DNA from: an uncultured Candidatus Saccharibacteria bacterium
Lineage (GTDB): Bacteria; Patescibacteriota; Minisyncoccia; Phycocordibacterales; Zambryskibacteraceae
Assembly (NCBI GenBank): GCA_964553285.1
Contig: CAZKKF010000001.1
Location: 55,537-108,585, forward strand
Length of the DNA stretch: 53,049 nucleotides
Direction: 5' to 3'
In this document: one piece after another, positions 7,210 to 15,252 of the stretch
How the letters are laid out: every line of letters starts with the position of its first letter
Position numbering within the stretch: position 1 is the stretch's first letter
Notes under the pieces: generated by a model
What the model was told of the DNA's origin: nothing
Seen by the model: only the letters and a program-made list of their open reading frames with translations
The model's database searches: none
Position numbers and translations under genes: made by a program

Positions 7210-8580
7210 ATGCGAATACTTCGTTTTGCGCTTGTACTTTTTTTGTCCGCCGGACTCATGGCGCCCTACATGATGCCGGGCATTGCGGAGGCACAGCTCA
7301 CTCCCCAGGAAAGGGAGCGTCTTCAGGCCGAATACGACCAGCTCCAAAGAGAGATAGACGAATGGAATAAAGTCCTGACCGAAACCAGGGCGCAGAAAAA
7401 CACTTTGCAGGGCGATGTTACCGCCCTAAACGCCCAGATAAAGCAGGCCGAAGCCGCCATCTCGCAGAGGAACATAATCATAGGCCGCATAGGAAGCGAG
7501 ATAAACAACAGAACGGCAACAATAAGCTCCCTTGAGGACAAGATAGAAAGGGGCAAGGTTTCCATGGCGGAGCTCATAAGAAGAAAGAATGAACTTGATT
7601 CGTATTCGCTGGTTGAGGCGATGCTTTCCACCGAAGATTTGTCGGAGTTTTTTTCTGACGCGGATTCTTTTAGCACCATAAAACGCAATCTTCATAGCCT
7701 GTTTTTTGATGTTCGCATGACAAGGGCGGAGACGGAAAAAGAACGCCTTGAATTGCAGTCCAAGAGAGACGAAGAACTTGATGCCCGCCGTGAGGTAGAG
7801 GCAAAGAAGCGGCAGATAGCAACAGCCGAAGCCGAAAAGAAAGAGCTATTGGCCATCGCCACAGAGCAGGAAAGGTCTTATCAGGCGGTGCTTGCCGAGA
7901 GGCAGGCCCGTGCCACTCAAATCAGGGCGGCGCTTTTCCCTCTGGCTAACGTGGACCAGGCCATACCGTTTGGTACGGCGCTTCAGTATGCCCAGGCCGC
8001 AAGCGCAAAGACAGGCGTTCGCCCCGCCTTCCTCCTTGCCATTATCCAGCAGGAGTCGGCCTTGGGCGCCAATACCGGCTCGTGCGTCATCACCGATGTA
8101 ACTTCCGGACAGACCAAGAATATTCGAACGGAAAATGTCTTCTCAAACGGCATCCACCCCACAAGAGACTTGCCGCCGCTCCAGTCCATACTAAAAGACC
8201 TGGGCCGCAATCCGCTTGAGACCAGGGTTTCCTGCCCTGTGGCGGGAGTGGCAGGCTACGGAGGAGCCATGGGTCCGGCTCAGTTTATTCCTTCCACCTG
8301 GAACCTGATAAAGAACAAGCTTGTTGCGGCTCTGGGCAAGGCCGCCCCTGACCCTTGGAACCCTGCCGATGCCTTTATGGCCTCTGCCGTCCTCCTTGCG
8401 GACAACATGGGAAATACGGGCGACAAGCGCGTGGATGAGCGTACGGCCGCCTGCCGCTACTACTCCGGCCGCACCTGCTATACCAACGGCCAGGCCAACG
8501 TGGGGCTCTCTTATGGCAACCAGGTTCTAACTCGCGCCGATAATATCCAGAAAGACGTGGACTTCTTGCAAAATATATAA
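7210..8580 (+). CDS. secreted coiled-coil protein with C-terminal lytic transglycosylase (SLT/MltB-like) domain
   Basis: 456 aa. It has a signal-like N-terminus and about 230 aa of heptad-rich E/K/Q/L sequence. The C-terminal part carries AFLLAIIQQESALG (catalytic Glu context) and GAMGPAQFIPSTW. Confidence 0.7.
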   Translation: MRILRFALVLFLSAGLMAPYMMPGIAEAQLTPQERERLQAEYDQLQREIDEWNKVLTETRAQKNTLQGDVTALNAQIKQAEAAISQRNIIIGRIGSEINNRTATISSLEDKIERGKVSMAELIRRKNELDSYSLVEAMLSTEDLSEFFSDADSFSTIKRNLHSLFFDVRMTRAETEKERLELQSKRDEELDARREVEAKKRQIATAEAEKKELLAIATEQERSYQAVLAERQARATQIRAALFPLANVDQAIPFGTALQYAQAASAKTGVRPAFLLAIIQQESALGANTGSCVITDVTSGQTKNIRTENVFSNGIHPTRDLPPLQSILKDLGRNPLETRVSCPVAGVAGYGGAMGPAQFIPSTWNLIKNKLVAALGKAAPDPWNPADAFMASAVLLADNMGNTGDKRVDERTAACRYYSGRTCYTNGQANVGLSYGNQVLTRADNIQKDVDFLQNI

Positions 8581-8601
8581 TTTCTTGCTAAGGTGTCAGC
8601 G

Positions 8602-8859
8602 ATGAAAAAAGAGATCCATCCGGAAAACTACAGAAAAGTCATCTTCCACGACAACTCAAGCGGGGAGCGTTTTCTCATTGGCTCAACCATCGCTTCCGAA
8701 GAGACCGACAAGTGGACGGACGGCAAGGACTATCCGGTGCACAGAGTGGAAATTTCCTCCGCTTCGCACCCTTTCTACACCGGCAACGAAAAAGTGCTTG
8801 ATGCCGCCGGCCGAGTGGAGAAGTTCAGGGCAAAGAGAGCCAAGGCTTCGGCAAAGTAA
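8602..8859 (+). CDS. rpmE: 50S ribosomal protein L31, Cys-less (type B)
   Basis: [17 protein letters not shown]...HPFYTG. There is no Cys in the protein. The SD-like AAGGTG lies 6 nt upstream of ATG 8602. Confidence 0.9.
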   Translation: MKKEIHPENYRKVIFHDNSSGERFLIGSTIASEETDKWTDGKDYPVHRVEISSASHPFYTGNEKVLDAAGRVEKFRAKRAKASAK

Positions 8860-8877
8860 GGCTTGTTTTGATGCTTG

Positions 8878-8910
8878 AAACGGGCGCCGACATTGTGTCG
8901 GCGCCCGTTT
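8878..8910 (+). terminator. rho-independent terminator after rpmE
   Basis: aaacgggcgccgaca / tgtcggcgcccgttt: a 14-15 bp stem with a short loop and a terminal TTT. Confidence 0.8.
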
Positions 8911-8935
8911 GCGCTGTAGAATACAACAAACGATT

Positions 8936-9919
8936 ATGTCCCAACAAGACCTATCCCAATATCTGAACAATCCAAAAACCGCCTTTCTGGGCCAGGCTTA
9001 CAGGGATATTTTGCAAAAACAGGAGGAGCTATCTGCTCTTTCGGCTGATTCAGGTCTTGCAGAGCTCGCCGAAGAAGAGATGAAGTCTCTCTCCGCCCAG
9101 GCCTCGGAGCTAAAAGCCCAGATGGATGATATTTTGGAGAGTGAGAAGGCCGAAGAGGAGTTCCCGAACGAAATAGTACTTGAGGTCAGGGCTGGAGCGG
9201 GCGGCGAAGAGGCGGCTCTCTTTGCTGAGGAGCTATCGGTGATGTACAGGCGTTTTGCCGAGCGCAGAGGCTGGTCTTTTGTGGCAGTTGACGAGTCCCC
9301 AAGCTCTCTGGGAGGGTACAAGGAGGCTTCTTTTGAAATACGCGGCAAAGACGTGTATCGTACTTTGCGTTTTGAGACAGGGGTGCATCGCATCCAAAGA
9401 GTGCCCGCAACGGAGAAATCCGGACGCGTGCATACCTCCACCGCCTCCGTGGCCATTCTTCCGATGCGAAAGAAGCTTTCCGTGGAGATAAACCCTGCGG
9501 ATCTGGAGATAGAGTTTTCCCGCTCGGGCGGCGCGGGCGGCCAAAACGTCAACAAAGTGGAGACGGCCGTGCGCATTATCCACAAGCCAACGGGCATTGA
9601 CGTGCGCTCCACGGCGGAGAGAAGCCAGCAGAAAAACAGGGAAAAGGCCATGGCCATATTGCAGGCCAAGGTGGAGGCTCTGGAAGAAGAAAAAGCCGCC
9701 AAGTCTCTTTCTTCGGAGAGGAAATCCCAAATAGGCACAGGCGACAGGTCGGAAAAGATTCGCACCTACAATGTTTTGCAGGACAGAGTGACGGATCACC
9801 GCATAAAAGAGTCCTGGCACAACCTGGATTCGGTCTTTGACGGGGATATGGAGGCCATATTGTCCGCCGTGGCTCAAAGGGCCGATTCCGGCCTTGCTTT
9901 TGAGGAGGGGGAAGAATAA
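8936..9919 (+). CDS. prfA: peptide chain release factor 1
   Basis: Has the GGQ motif ([17 protein letters not shown]) and an RF1-type PAT tripeptide ([14 protein letters not shown]). Confidence 0.9.
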   Translation: MSQQDLSQYLNNPKTAFLGQAYRDILQKQEELSALSADSGLAELAEEEMKSLSAQASELKAQMDDILESEKAEEEFPNEIVLEVRAGAGGEEAALFAEELSVMYRRFAERRGWSFVAVDESPSSLGGYKEASFEIRGKDVYRTLRFETGVHRIQRVPATEKSGRVHTSTASVAILPMRKKLSVEINPADLEIEFSRSGGAGGQNVNKVETAVRIIHKPTGIDVRSTAERSQQKNREKAMAILQAKVEALEEEKAAKSLSSERKSQIGTGDRSEKIRTYNVLQDRVTDHRIKESWHNLDSVFDGDMEAILSAVAQRADSGLAFEEGEE

Positions 9920-9931
9920 GGCAGGAGCCAT

Positions 9932-9960
9932 TTGCCAATCGTCCAAGCCTTTGTTACAAT
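9932..9960 (+). promoter_or_regulatory. sigma70-like promoter for rpsB-tsf
   Basis: TTGCCA (9932-9937), N17, TGT-TACAAT (9952-9960). ATG 9977 lies 16 nt downstream. Confidence 0.55.
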
Positions 9961-9976
9961 CTCTGCCTGTCTGAAT

Positions 9977-10735
9977 ATGAGTAAAAACACCATAGAACAA
10001 CCGCCTTCCATGGAAGCCCTATTTGATGTCGGGGCCCATTTTGGCGTGTCCCGCTCCCGCAGACATCCTTCGGTTAAGCCTTTTATCTTTGGCACCAAGG
10101 ATAAGGTGGAGATTTTTGACCTGGAGAAGACGCTTATCGCTTTGTCTGCCGCTGAGAACCTTGCTTCCGAGATAGGAGCCAAGGGCGGCACCATTGTTTT
10201 CGTAGGCGGCAAAAACGAGGCGCGTGAGGCGGTAAAGACCGTGGCCCAGTCCGCAGGGCTGCCGTTTGTTGCTGGACGATTTATCGGCGGCTCTCTCACA
10301 AACTTCCCGGAGATAAGGAAGCGCATCAACCGCATGGAAGATCTGACTTCCCAGAAGGAGAAGGGCGAGCTCGCCAAGTACACAAAAAAAGAAAGGCTTC
10401 TCATAGACAAGGAAATAGCAAAGCTTCAGGAAAAGTTTTCTGGTATTTCTTCTTTGAAGTCTCTTCCCCAGGCCATGTTTGTGGTTGACCCCAGGAGAGA
10501 GCATATCGCCGTTGCCGAGGCAAACAGGATGAAGATTCCGGTTATAGCTCTTGCAAGCTCCGACTGCAACCTATCAAGTATTGAAGCTCCCATACCGGCA
10601 AACGATGCCACTATCAAGAGCATAAGGTTCTTCACGGAGCGCATTGCCTCGGCTTTCCAGCAGGGCAAGAAGCTCGCAGCAGACAAAAAGCCCGCCGCAG
10701 CGCAGGTTGAGGAATCTCCTGCGGGCAAGGAATAG
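9977..10735 (+). CDS. rpsB: 30S ribosomal protein S2
   Basis: LFDVGAHFGVSRSRRHPSVKPFIFG...IFDLEKT is the canonical S2 N-terminus. Confidence 0.95.
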   Translation: MSKNTIEQPPSMEALFDVGAHFGVSRSRRHPSVKPFIFGTKDKVEIFDLEKTLIALSAAENLASEIGAKGGTIVFVGGKNEAREAVKTVAQSAGLPFVAGRFIGGSLTNFPEIRKRINRMEDLTSQKEKGELAKYTKKERLLIDKEIAKLQEKFSGISSLKSLPQAMFVVDPRREHIAVAEANRMKIPVIALASSDCNLSSIEAPIPANDATIKSIRFFTERIASAFQQGKKLAADKKPAAAQVEESPAGKE

Positions 10736-10787
10736 TTTGTTATACTGGTGCGGTGAGATTTATATTGGCCGTTTGATTTGACTACTC

Positions 10788-11375
10788 ATGGATATTTCAA
10801 CAGAAAAAGTAAAAGAGCTTAGAGACAGGACCGGCGTTTCCATAATGCAGTGCAGGAAGGCTCTTGAGGAAGCAGGAGGGGACGAGGAGAAGGCACTTAT
10901 TATTTTGCGCAAGAAAAGCGGCGACATTGCCGCCAAGAAGGCGGATAGAGTGCTCGGAGCAAGCGCCGTGCAGTCTTATGTGCACGCCTCCGGTGGCATA
11001 GGCGCCATGGTGGAGCTTTCCTGCGAGACCGACTTCGTAGCAAAGAACGAAGAGTTCAAGCGCTCCGCTTATGACATCGCCATGCATATCGCGGCCACCA
11101 ACCCGCAGTTTCTCTCTGTAGACGACGTATCTGAAGAAGCCAAAGCCAAGGCGGCCGAAGCTTTCCAAAACGAAGTGGCGGACAAGCCGGATGATCTGAA
11201 GCAAAAGATAATGGACGGCAAGCTCAAGAGCTTTTTTGCCGAGCAGGCATTGCTTGACCAGCCGTTCATCAAAAATCCGGAGATTCTTGTCAAAGATATC
11301 GTATCCGGTCTTTCTCAGAAGTTTGGCGAAAGGGTTGAGATTCGCCGGTTTGTTAGGTTCTCCCCGGACAACTAA
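10788..11375 (+). CDS. tsf: elongation factor Ts (short form)
   Basis: KVKELRDRTGVSIMQCRKALEEAGGDEEKA is the UBA-like N-terminal domain. It follows rpsB as in the usual operon. Confidence 0.9.
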   Translation: MDISTEKVKELRDRTGVSIMQCRKALEEAGGDEEKALIILRKKSGDIAAKKADRVLGASAVQSYVHASGGIGAMVELSCETDFVAKNEEFKRSAYDIAMHIAATNPQFLSVDDVSEEAKAKAAEAFQNEVADKPDDLKQKIMDGKLKSFFAEQALLDQPFIKNPEILVKDIVSGLSQKFGERVEIRRFVRFSPDN

Positions 11376-11794
11376 TGGTTGTTTTAATCTTTTATATATC
11401 CCTGGCTATAGCAAGTCTGATGCTTGCGGTGAAGATCTATGAAGCAAGGAGGCGTAAGAGAAGCGTTGTCTACAAAGTATTTTCATATTTTGATGAGTGG
11501 ACGCATTTTGCCGTCTCCAAGGTGCTTGGTGCGGTGAGGCGGATACTTTCTTCCGCATATAATTTTTTGGTTCATGAATTGCCAAAAAGAGTATATGATT
11601 TTCTGGTGCGCTGTATTGCCTATGTGCGCAGTCTGTACGATCGCTCCATGATATTTGCCAGAGGAGTGCAGAGGCTAAAATCCAACCCCAAGGTGTCTTC
11701 TTTCCTGCGGGATATTGAGCAGGCAAAGAAGGAAATAAGAGCCAACAAAGACAGCAAGCCAAAAGGGGAGCCGAGAGAAGAAGAGGGGGAGTAG
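11375..11794 (+). CDS. hypothetical membrane-anchored protein
   Basis: 139 aa with one N-terminal TM segment (VVLIFYISLAIASLMLAV). Its start overlaps the tsf stop (TAATG). No domain recognised. Confidence 0.5.
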   Translation: MVVLIFYISLAIASLMLAVKIYEARRRKRSVVYKVFSYFDEWTHFAVSKVLGAVRRILSSAYNFLVHELPKRVYDFLVRCIAYVRSLYDRSMIFARGVQRLKSNPKVSSFLRDIEQAKKEIRANKDSKPKGEPREEEGE

Positions 11795-11848
11795 TTTTGC
11801 GTGTCGGCGGATAAAGCGATAATATGGCATTGTTCTGCTGTTAAGTAA

Positions 11849-11924
11849 GCCACCTTAGCTCAGTTGGTAGAGCAATACTTTTGTAAAGTATGGGTCGTCG
11901 GTTCGAGTCCGACAGGTGGCTCCA
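11849..11924 (+). tRNA. tRNA-Thr (anticodon UGU), CCA encoded
   Basis: A cloverleaf can be read directly. Acceptor stem gccacct/aggtggc, D stem gctc/gagc, anticodon stem atact/agtat with loop ttTGTaa, T stem gtcgg/ccgac with loop ttcgagt. Discriminator t is followed by cca. Confidence 0.93.
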
Positions 11925-11966
11925 AGATTGTATTTTTTAGTTTGGTCGGTATTGAATTTGTAGAAT

Positions 11967-12797
11967 TTACAAAATGTTGGCGAGGATAAAAACATCTCCT
12001 CCTATTGGCTTATTCGGTCTTGGGAAAATAATGCACTGGTTTTTGTCAGCGATATATTCTATCTCTCCGTCTTTGGCAAATACTTCTCCTGCGGTTAAGG
12101 TGTCAAAGTCGTTAAATTCTTTTACAAAGTAAAAATCATTTGTCTTTTTGGTTACGATTTTATCAATTTGTATCACACGTTGAGGCAGGTCATTCAATGT
12201 CACTTGATTATTTATAGCCCCAAATAAACTTAAAAATTGCTTAATGATATTAATGGTTAGCGGTAGATTTGTTTCCGTTTCCATCACAGAGCCGCACTCA
12301 ACACATAACCCAACCTTGTCTTGCCTGCTCATATAGGCATCTGATGAGCCTGGAACCAAAGAGTCCCAGCCATGAGATACGATACCGACACTCAATTTAC
12401 CGGCAACTTCAGCGTCTTCTTTTCTGCATATTATGAATGGTTCGGTTTTCCTGCTATTGCTGGCATGGAGATCCAGAAGGGCTTCACTTTCATCTAAAAT
12501 ATCCATTAGTTCTTTAGCTCTCCCGTGTTCAGGGGTGTTGCCGTTTTCGTCTCTAATAAAAAGCCGGTTGAGATTAGCATTTACCTCTCGTACGTTCTTT
12601 TCTATGGCTTCCGGGTTGGCAAAAACAAAATAGACTTTTCCTCTCTCAATATCTACTTCCTCTATAATCTTTTTTAAAGCAATAACCCCCACCTGCTCAT
12701 TGCCATGAACTCCTGCAAAAATTGCAATGGTCTTACCTGGCCTATTACCTGTTTTTATTACAATATCCTTCACTTTTAGACTATTATACTGGCTCAA
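11967..12797 (-). CDS. succinylglutamate desuccinylase/aspartoacylase (AstE/AspA, M14-like) family zinc hydrolase
   Basis: 276 aa with IAIFAGVHGNEQVG and LLDLHAS motifs. The start codon appears to be TTG. The gene is visibly AT-rich compared with its neighbours. Confidence 0.7.
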   Translation of the reverse strand: MSQYNSLKVKDIVIKTGNRPGKTIAIFAGVHGNEQVGVIALKKIIEEVDIERGKVYFVFANPEAIEKNVREVNANLNRLFIRDENGNTPEHGRAKELMDILDESEALLDLHASNSRKTEPFIICRKEDAEVAGKLSVGIVSHGWDSLVPGSSDAYMSRQDKVGLCVECGSVMETETNLPLTINIIKQFLSLFGAINNQVTLNDLPQRVIQIDKIVTKKTNDFYFVKEFNDFDTLTAGEVFAKDGEIEYIADKNQCIIFPRPNKPIGGDVFILANIL

Positions 12798-12861
12798 TAT
12801 CCTAAACGATACTGACTAATTTGTCTTATTGTTGGGGGGAATAGACATAGTGGTGAGGGTT

Positions 12862-12890
12862 TTGAAATAATCCAGCCTTGATGCTACCAT
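12862..12890 (+). promoter_or_regulatory. sigma70-like promoter for hicB-like gene
   Basis: TTGAAA (12862-12867), N17, TACCAT (12885-12890), N6, ATG 12897. Confidence 0.45.
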
Positions 12891-12896
12891 GGCTAC

Positions 12897-13134
12897 ATGA
12901 GAGTAAAAGTTGCTAAAAATCAATATTTTACCGCTTTTTTTTGAGAAAGATGAGCTAGGTGGCTACACCGTAACCGTGCCATCTCTTCCCGGCCTTGTTA
13001 CAGAGGGGAGAGATTTGGAGGATGCCAAGGTGATGGCCGAAGATGCTATCCGTTGCTATGTTGAGGGGTTGAAAAAGAGGAAACAGGAATTCTCCCCGGA
13101 AAAAGAAGTCGGCAGTTTTAGAATTGCGGCCTAA
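12897..13134 (+). pseudogene. hicB: HicB-family (UPF0150) antitoxin-like gene interrupted by a frameshift in a T8 run
   Basis: From ATG 12897 the frame reads MRVKVAKNQYFTAFF and then TGA. The +1 frame continues EKDELGGYTVTVPSLPGLVTEGRDLEDAKVMAEDAIRCYVEGL, which is a HicB-like core. Removing one T from the T8 run (12935-12942) joins the two frames into a canonical HicB N-terminus. Confidence 0.6.
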
Positions 13135-13190
13135 GTAAACTCCCGTGTTGGCCAGGCTGCGAACCGTATGATATGTAATACGAATAGCTT

Positions 13191-13892
13191 TTATTGCGAA
13201 TCACTCTGTGCCGCCTTATCCGCTTCCGCTTTTTCTTTTTCTGCTTTCCAGATTGCTATGCGGGGGATTAGTTTTTCCATGTCCTCAATGCTCTTAAAGC
13301 CGTAATAGACATCATCTCCCACTACCAGAGCAGGTAGTTCGTTCTTGACCTTATTTATGGCAATGAGTGTTTCCATGGCAGATACCTCCAAGTTGTAATC
13401 AAATGAATATACTCGCAGATCGGGGTAGTCTTCTCGTAGCTTGGTTAGTACATAGCCTTGTCTGTCGCAGTCGCTACAGCCGCTTCCGTAAAAATAGATG
13501 ACAGGCACGCTTCGCTCGCCGCACTTCTCATTGACTCTCTTGGCAAGGAGATAGTCTTTTATCTGGAGCAGGGAATAGTTTTTCTTGAGCACCATCACTT
13601 CGGGGTCGTTTGCTCCGCGCGTGTTTTCTGTGAACATCAGTTTTTCTCCGAGGAAAGAAAGTTCTCTTGAGAGTATTGTGTTGCCAACCTCTCTGCATGA
13701 GAACTCTTCAAGCAGGGCAGAGCGCACTTCGGATGAAAGCATGTCTATGGCTATGCCGTCCTGTATGAGGCGCAGATCGGCCATGCGCCTCTCGCTTAGG
13801 CGGTTTGATATTGAAAGGGCCGTAAAGAATATTATGGCCGTAATGACAAAAGCGTATATGTATTTTCTCCAGTCCAGGGGTTGTCTTTGCAT
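13191..13892 (-). CDS. membrane-anchored thioredoxin-fold protein (CxxC)
   Basis: 233 aa with an N-terminal TM segment (YIYAFVITAIIFFTALSI). The extracytoplasmic domain carries YFYGSGCSDCDRQ (a CxxC motif). It starts 4 nt after the GT2 stop. Confidence 0.6.
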   Translation of the reverse strand: MQRQPLDWRKYIYAFVITAIIFFTALSISNRLSERRMADLRLIQDGIAIDMLSSEVRSALLEEFSCREVGNTILSRELSFLGEKLMFTENTRGANDPEVMVLKKNYSLLQIKDYLLAKRVNEKCGERSVPVIYFYGSGCSDCDRQGYVLTKLREDYPDLRVYSFDYNLEVSAMETLIAINKVKNELPALVVGDDVYYGFKSIEDMEKLIPRIAIWKAEKEKAEADKAAQSDSQ

Positions 13893-13896
13893 TGAT

Positions 13897-15135
13897 TTAT
13901 CGCCAACTTATCTTCTTTGACAGGGCGGTGTTGTATACCGCTCTGCCGAGCCAAAAAGGCACCAGAAAGCCGTATAGAAAGAGAAAGTACAGTATGTCGC
14001 GGGAAAATACAAATCTGCCGTCAGTCATTCTTCTTGCTATATAGAGGATGGCTATTGCGAGGAATAACACCGCCAATGTGATGAGTGCCTGCGAACTTGT
14101 ATTAATGAAGAACCAGTCAAAAGAAAAGCCGTCTCTAATGCTTGGCAGGCCTGTTATGGCGAGCCTCTCCATGGTGCTGTAGGTGTTTCTCAACATGGAA
14201 ACCGTTATGATAGAAAACATAAATATGGCGGAGAATACAGACAATATTGCCAATGGCAATATAAGGAGGCCTATATCTCCGTACTTTCTGCGGAAAAGCA
14301 TGGAGCGGTAGTCCAGGACATTGTTCAGAAAGCCGTAAGACCAGCGTAGGCGCTGGGTGTACAGGGTATTGATATTTTTTGGCCCCACTGTATATACGAA
14401 AGCATCGTGGGCATTTTCTATCTTGTGGTGGTGGCTTTGCATCCTTAGAGCCAGCTCAAAGTCTTCGGTGTGGTGCGCGTGCTTATATCCGCCAAGAGTG
14501 CGAAACACTTCCGTTCTGAATATGGAAAAAGGTCCGGGGGTAACATATATGGCGCCCATAAAAGAGAGCATTTTTCTGGTGAATACGCCCCAGGTGTACT
14601 CTATCTTTTGTATCCTCTGTATTATTGTTTTCGGCTCGTGAATGACTATCGCCGGGGTTACGGCCATGACTTCGGGGTTTTCAAAACGGGATACTATTCT
14701 CTTTAGGGATTTTTCGTGGGCAAAAGAGTCTGCATCAAGGCATCCTGCAAGCTCTCCTTTGGCCTTGGACAGGCCGAAGTTTAGCGCAGTGTGTTTGCCC
14801 CCGTTTTCTTTGGAGTATATGTATATGCTCGGCATCTCTTCGTATTTTTTTAGCGCTTCCAGTGTGCCGTCGGTGGAGCCGTCATTGACTACTATTATTT
14901 CCAAGCTTTCTTTGGGGTAGTCCAGATCAAGGAGGGAGTCTAAGGTTTTTGCTACGGTCTTCTCTTCGTTGAAGCAGGGCACTATTACGCTAACCAATGG
15001 GTAGTGTGCCGGAGAAAAATCGCCGCGGGCCTTGTCCTCCTTCAGAATATGCCTTTTTTCTATATAAGTGATGAGAAGAAAAACCTCAAAAAAGAGGGAA
15101 GTGAAAAGGACTGAATGTATGATTATGTCGCTCAC
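13897..15135 (-). CDS. processive family-2 glycosyltransferase (IcaA/PgaC/NodC/HasA-like polysaccharide synthase)
   Basis: 412 aa. It has an N-terminal TM segment, a GT-A core with VNDGSTDGT, LDADS and TEDFELAL, the QRLRWSYG (QxxRW) motif, and C-terminal TM helices. It starts with GTG. Confidence 0.8.
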   Translation of the reverse strand: MSDIIIHSVLFTSLFFEVFLLITYIEKRHILKEDKARGDFSPAHYPLVSVIVPCFNEEKTVAKTLDSLLDLDYPKESLEIIVVNDGSTDGTLEALKKYEEMPSIYIYSKENGGKHTALNFGLSKAKGELAGCLDADSFAHEKSLKRIVSRFENPEVMAVTPAIVIHEPKTIIQRIQKIEYTWGVFTRKMLSFMGAIYVTPGPFSIFRTEVFRTLGGYKHAHHTEDFELALRMQSHHHKIENAHDAFVYTVGPKNINTLYTQRLRWSYGFLNNVLDYRSMLFRRKYGDIGLLILPLAILSVFSAIFMFSIITVSMLRNTYSTMERLAITGLPSIRDGFSFDWFFINTSSQALITLAVLFLAIAILYIARRMTDGRFVFSRDILYFLFLYGFLVPFWLGRAVYNTALSKKISWR

Positions 15136-15252
15136 GGCAGTAGGCTTATGGCCGAAGAATTATACCCCAAAACAGCCCAAAAACAATGCAGGCCGGAGTA
15201 TTCTATTGGGTGATGAAAATGCCTCTGTTTTGGCGTATAATGCCCTGTATCA

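Noticed and set aside
8998-10000. Two 255-aa ORFs (8998-9765 and 9233-10000, minus strand) antisense to prfA. Similar long antisense ORFs occur at 22700-23395, 25650-26375, 29808-30596, 42208-42870 and 5332-5955.
   Set aside because: Each lies opposite a gene with unmistakable conserved motifs. Their products are Ser/Arg/Leu/Pro-rich and low in complexity. They have no promoter or SD context. Long open antisense frames are expected opposite GAR/AAR-rich coding sequence.
12798-12896. A hicA toxin gene or remnant next to the hicB-like gene (also checked at 13135-13190).
   Set aside because: No ORF or recognisable HicA-like peptide appears in any frame of either flank. The upstream flank is occupied by the hicB promoter.
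13150-13175. An att-like repeat of the tRNA-Thr 3' end marking the far border of the AT-rich islet.
   Set aside because: Only a 7-nt stretch (cgaaccg) is complementary to the T-arm. That is too short to distinguish from chance, and no integrase is present.
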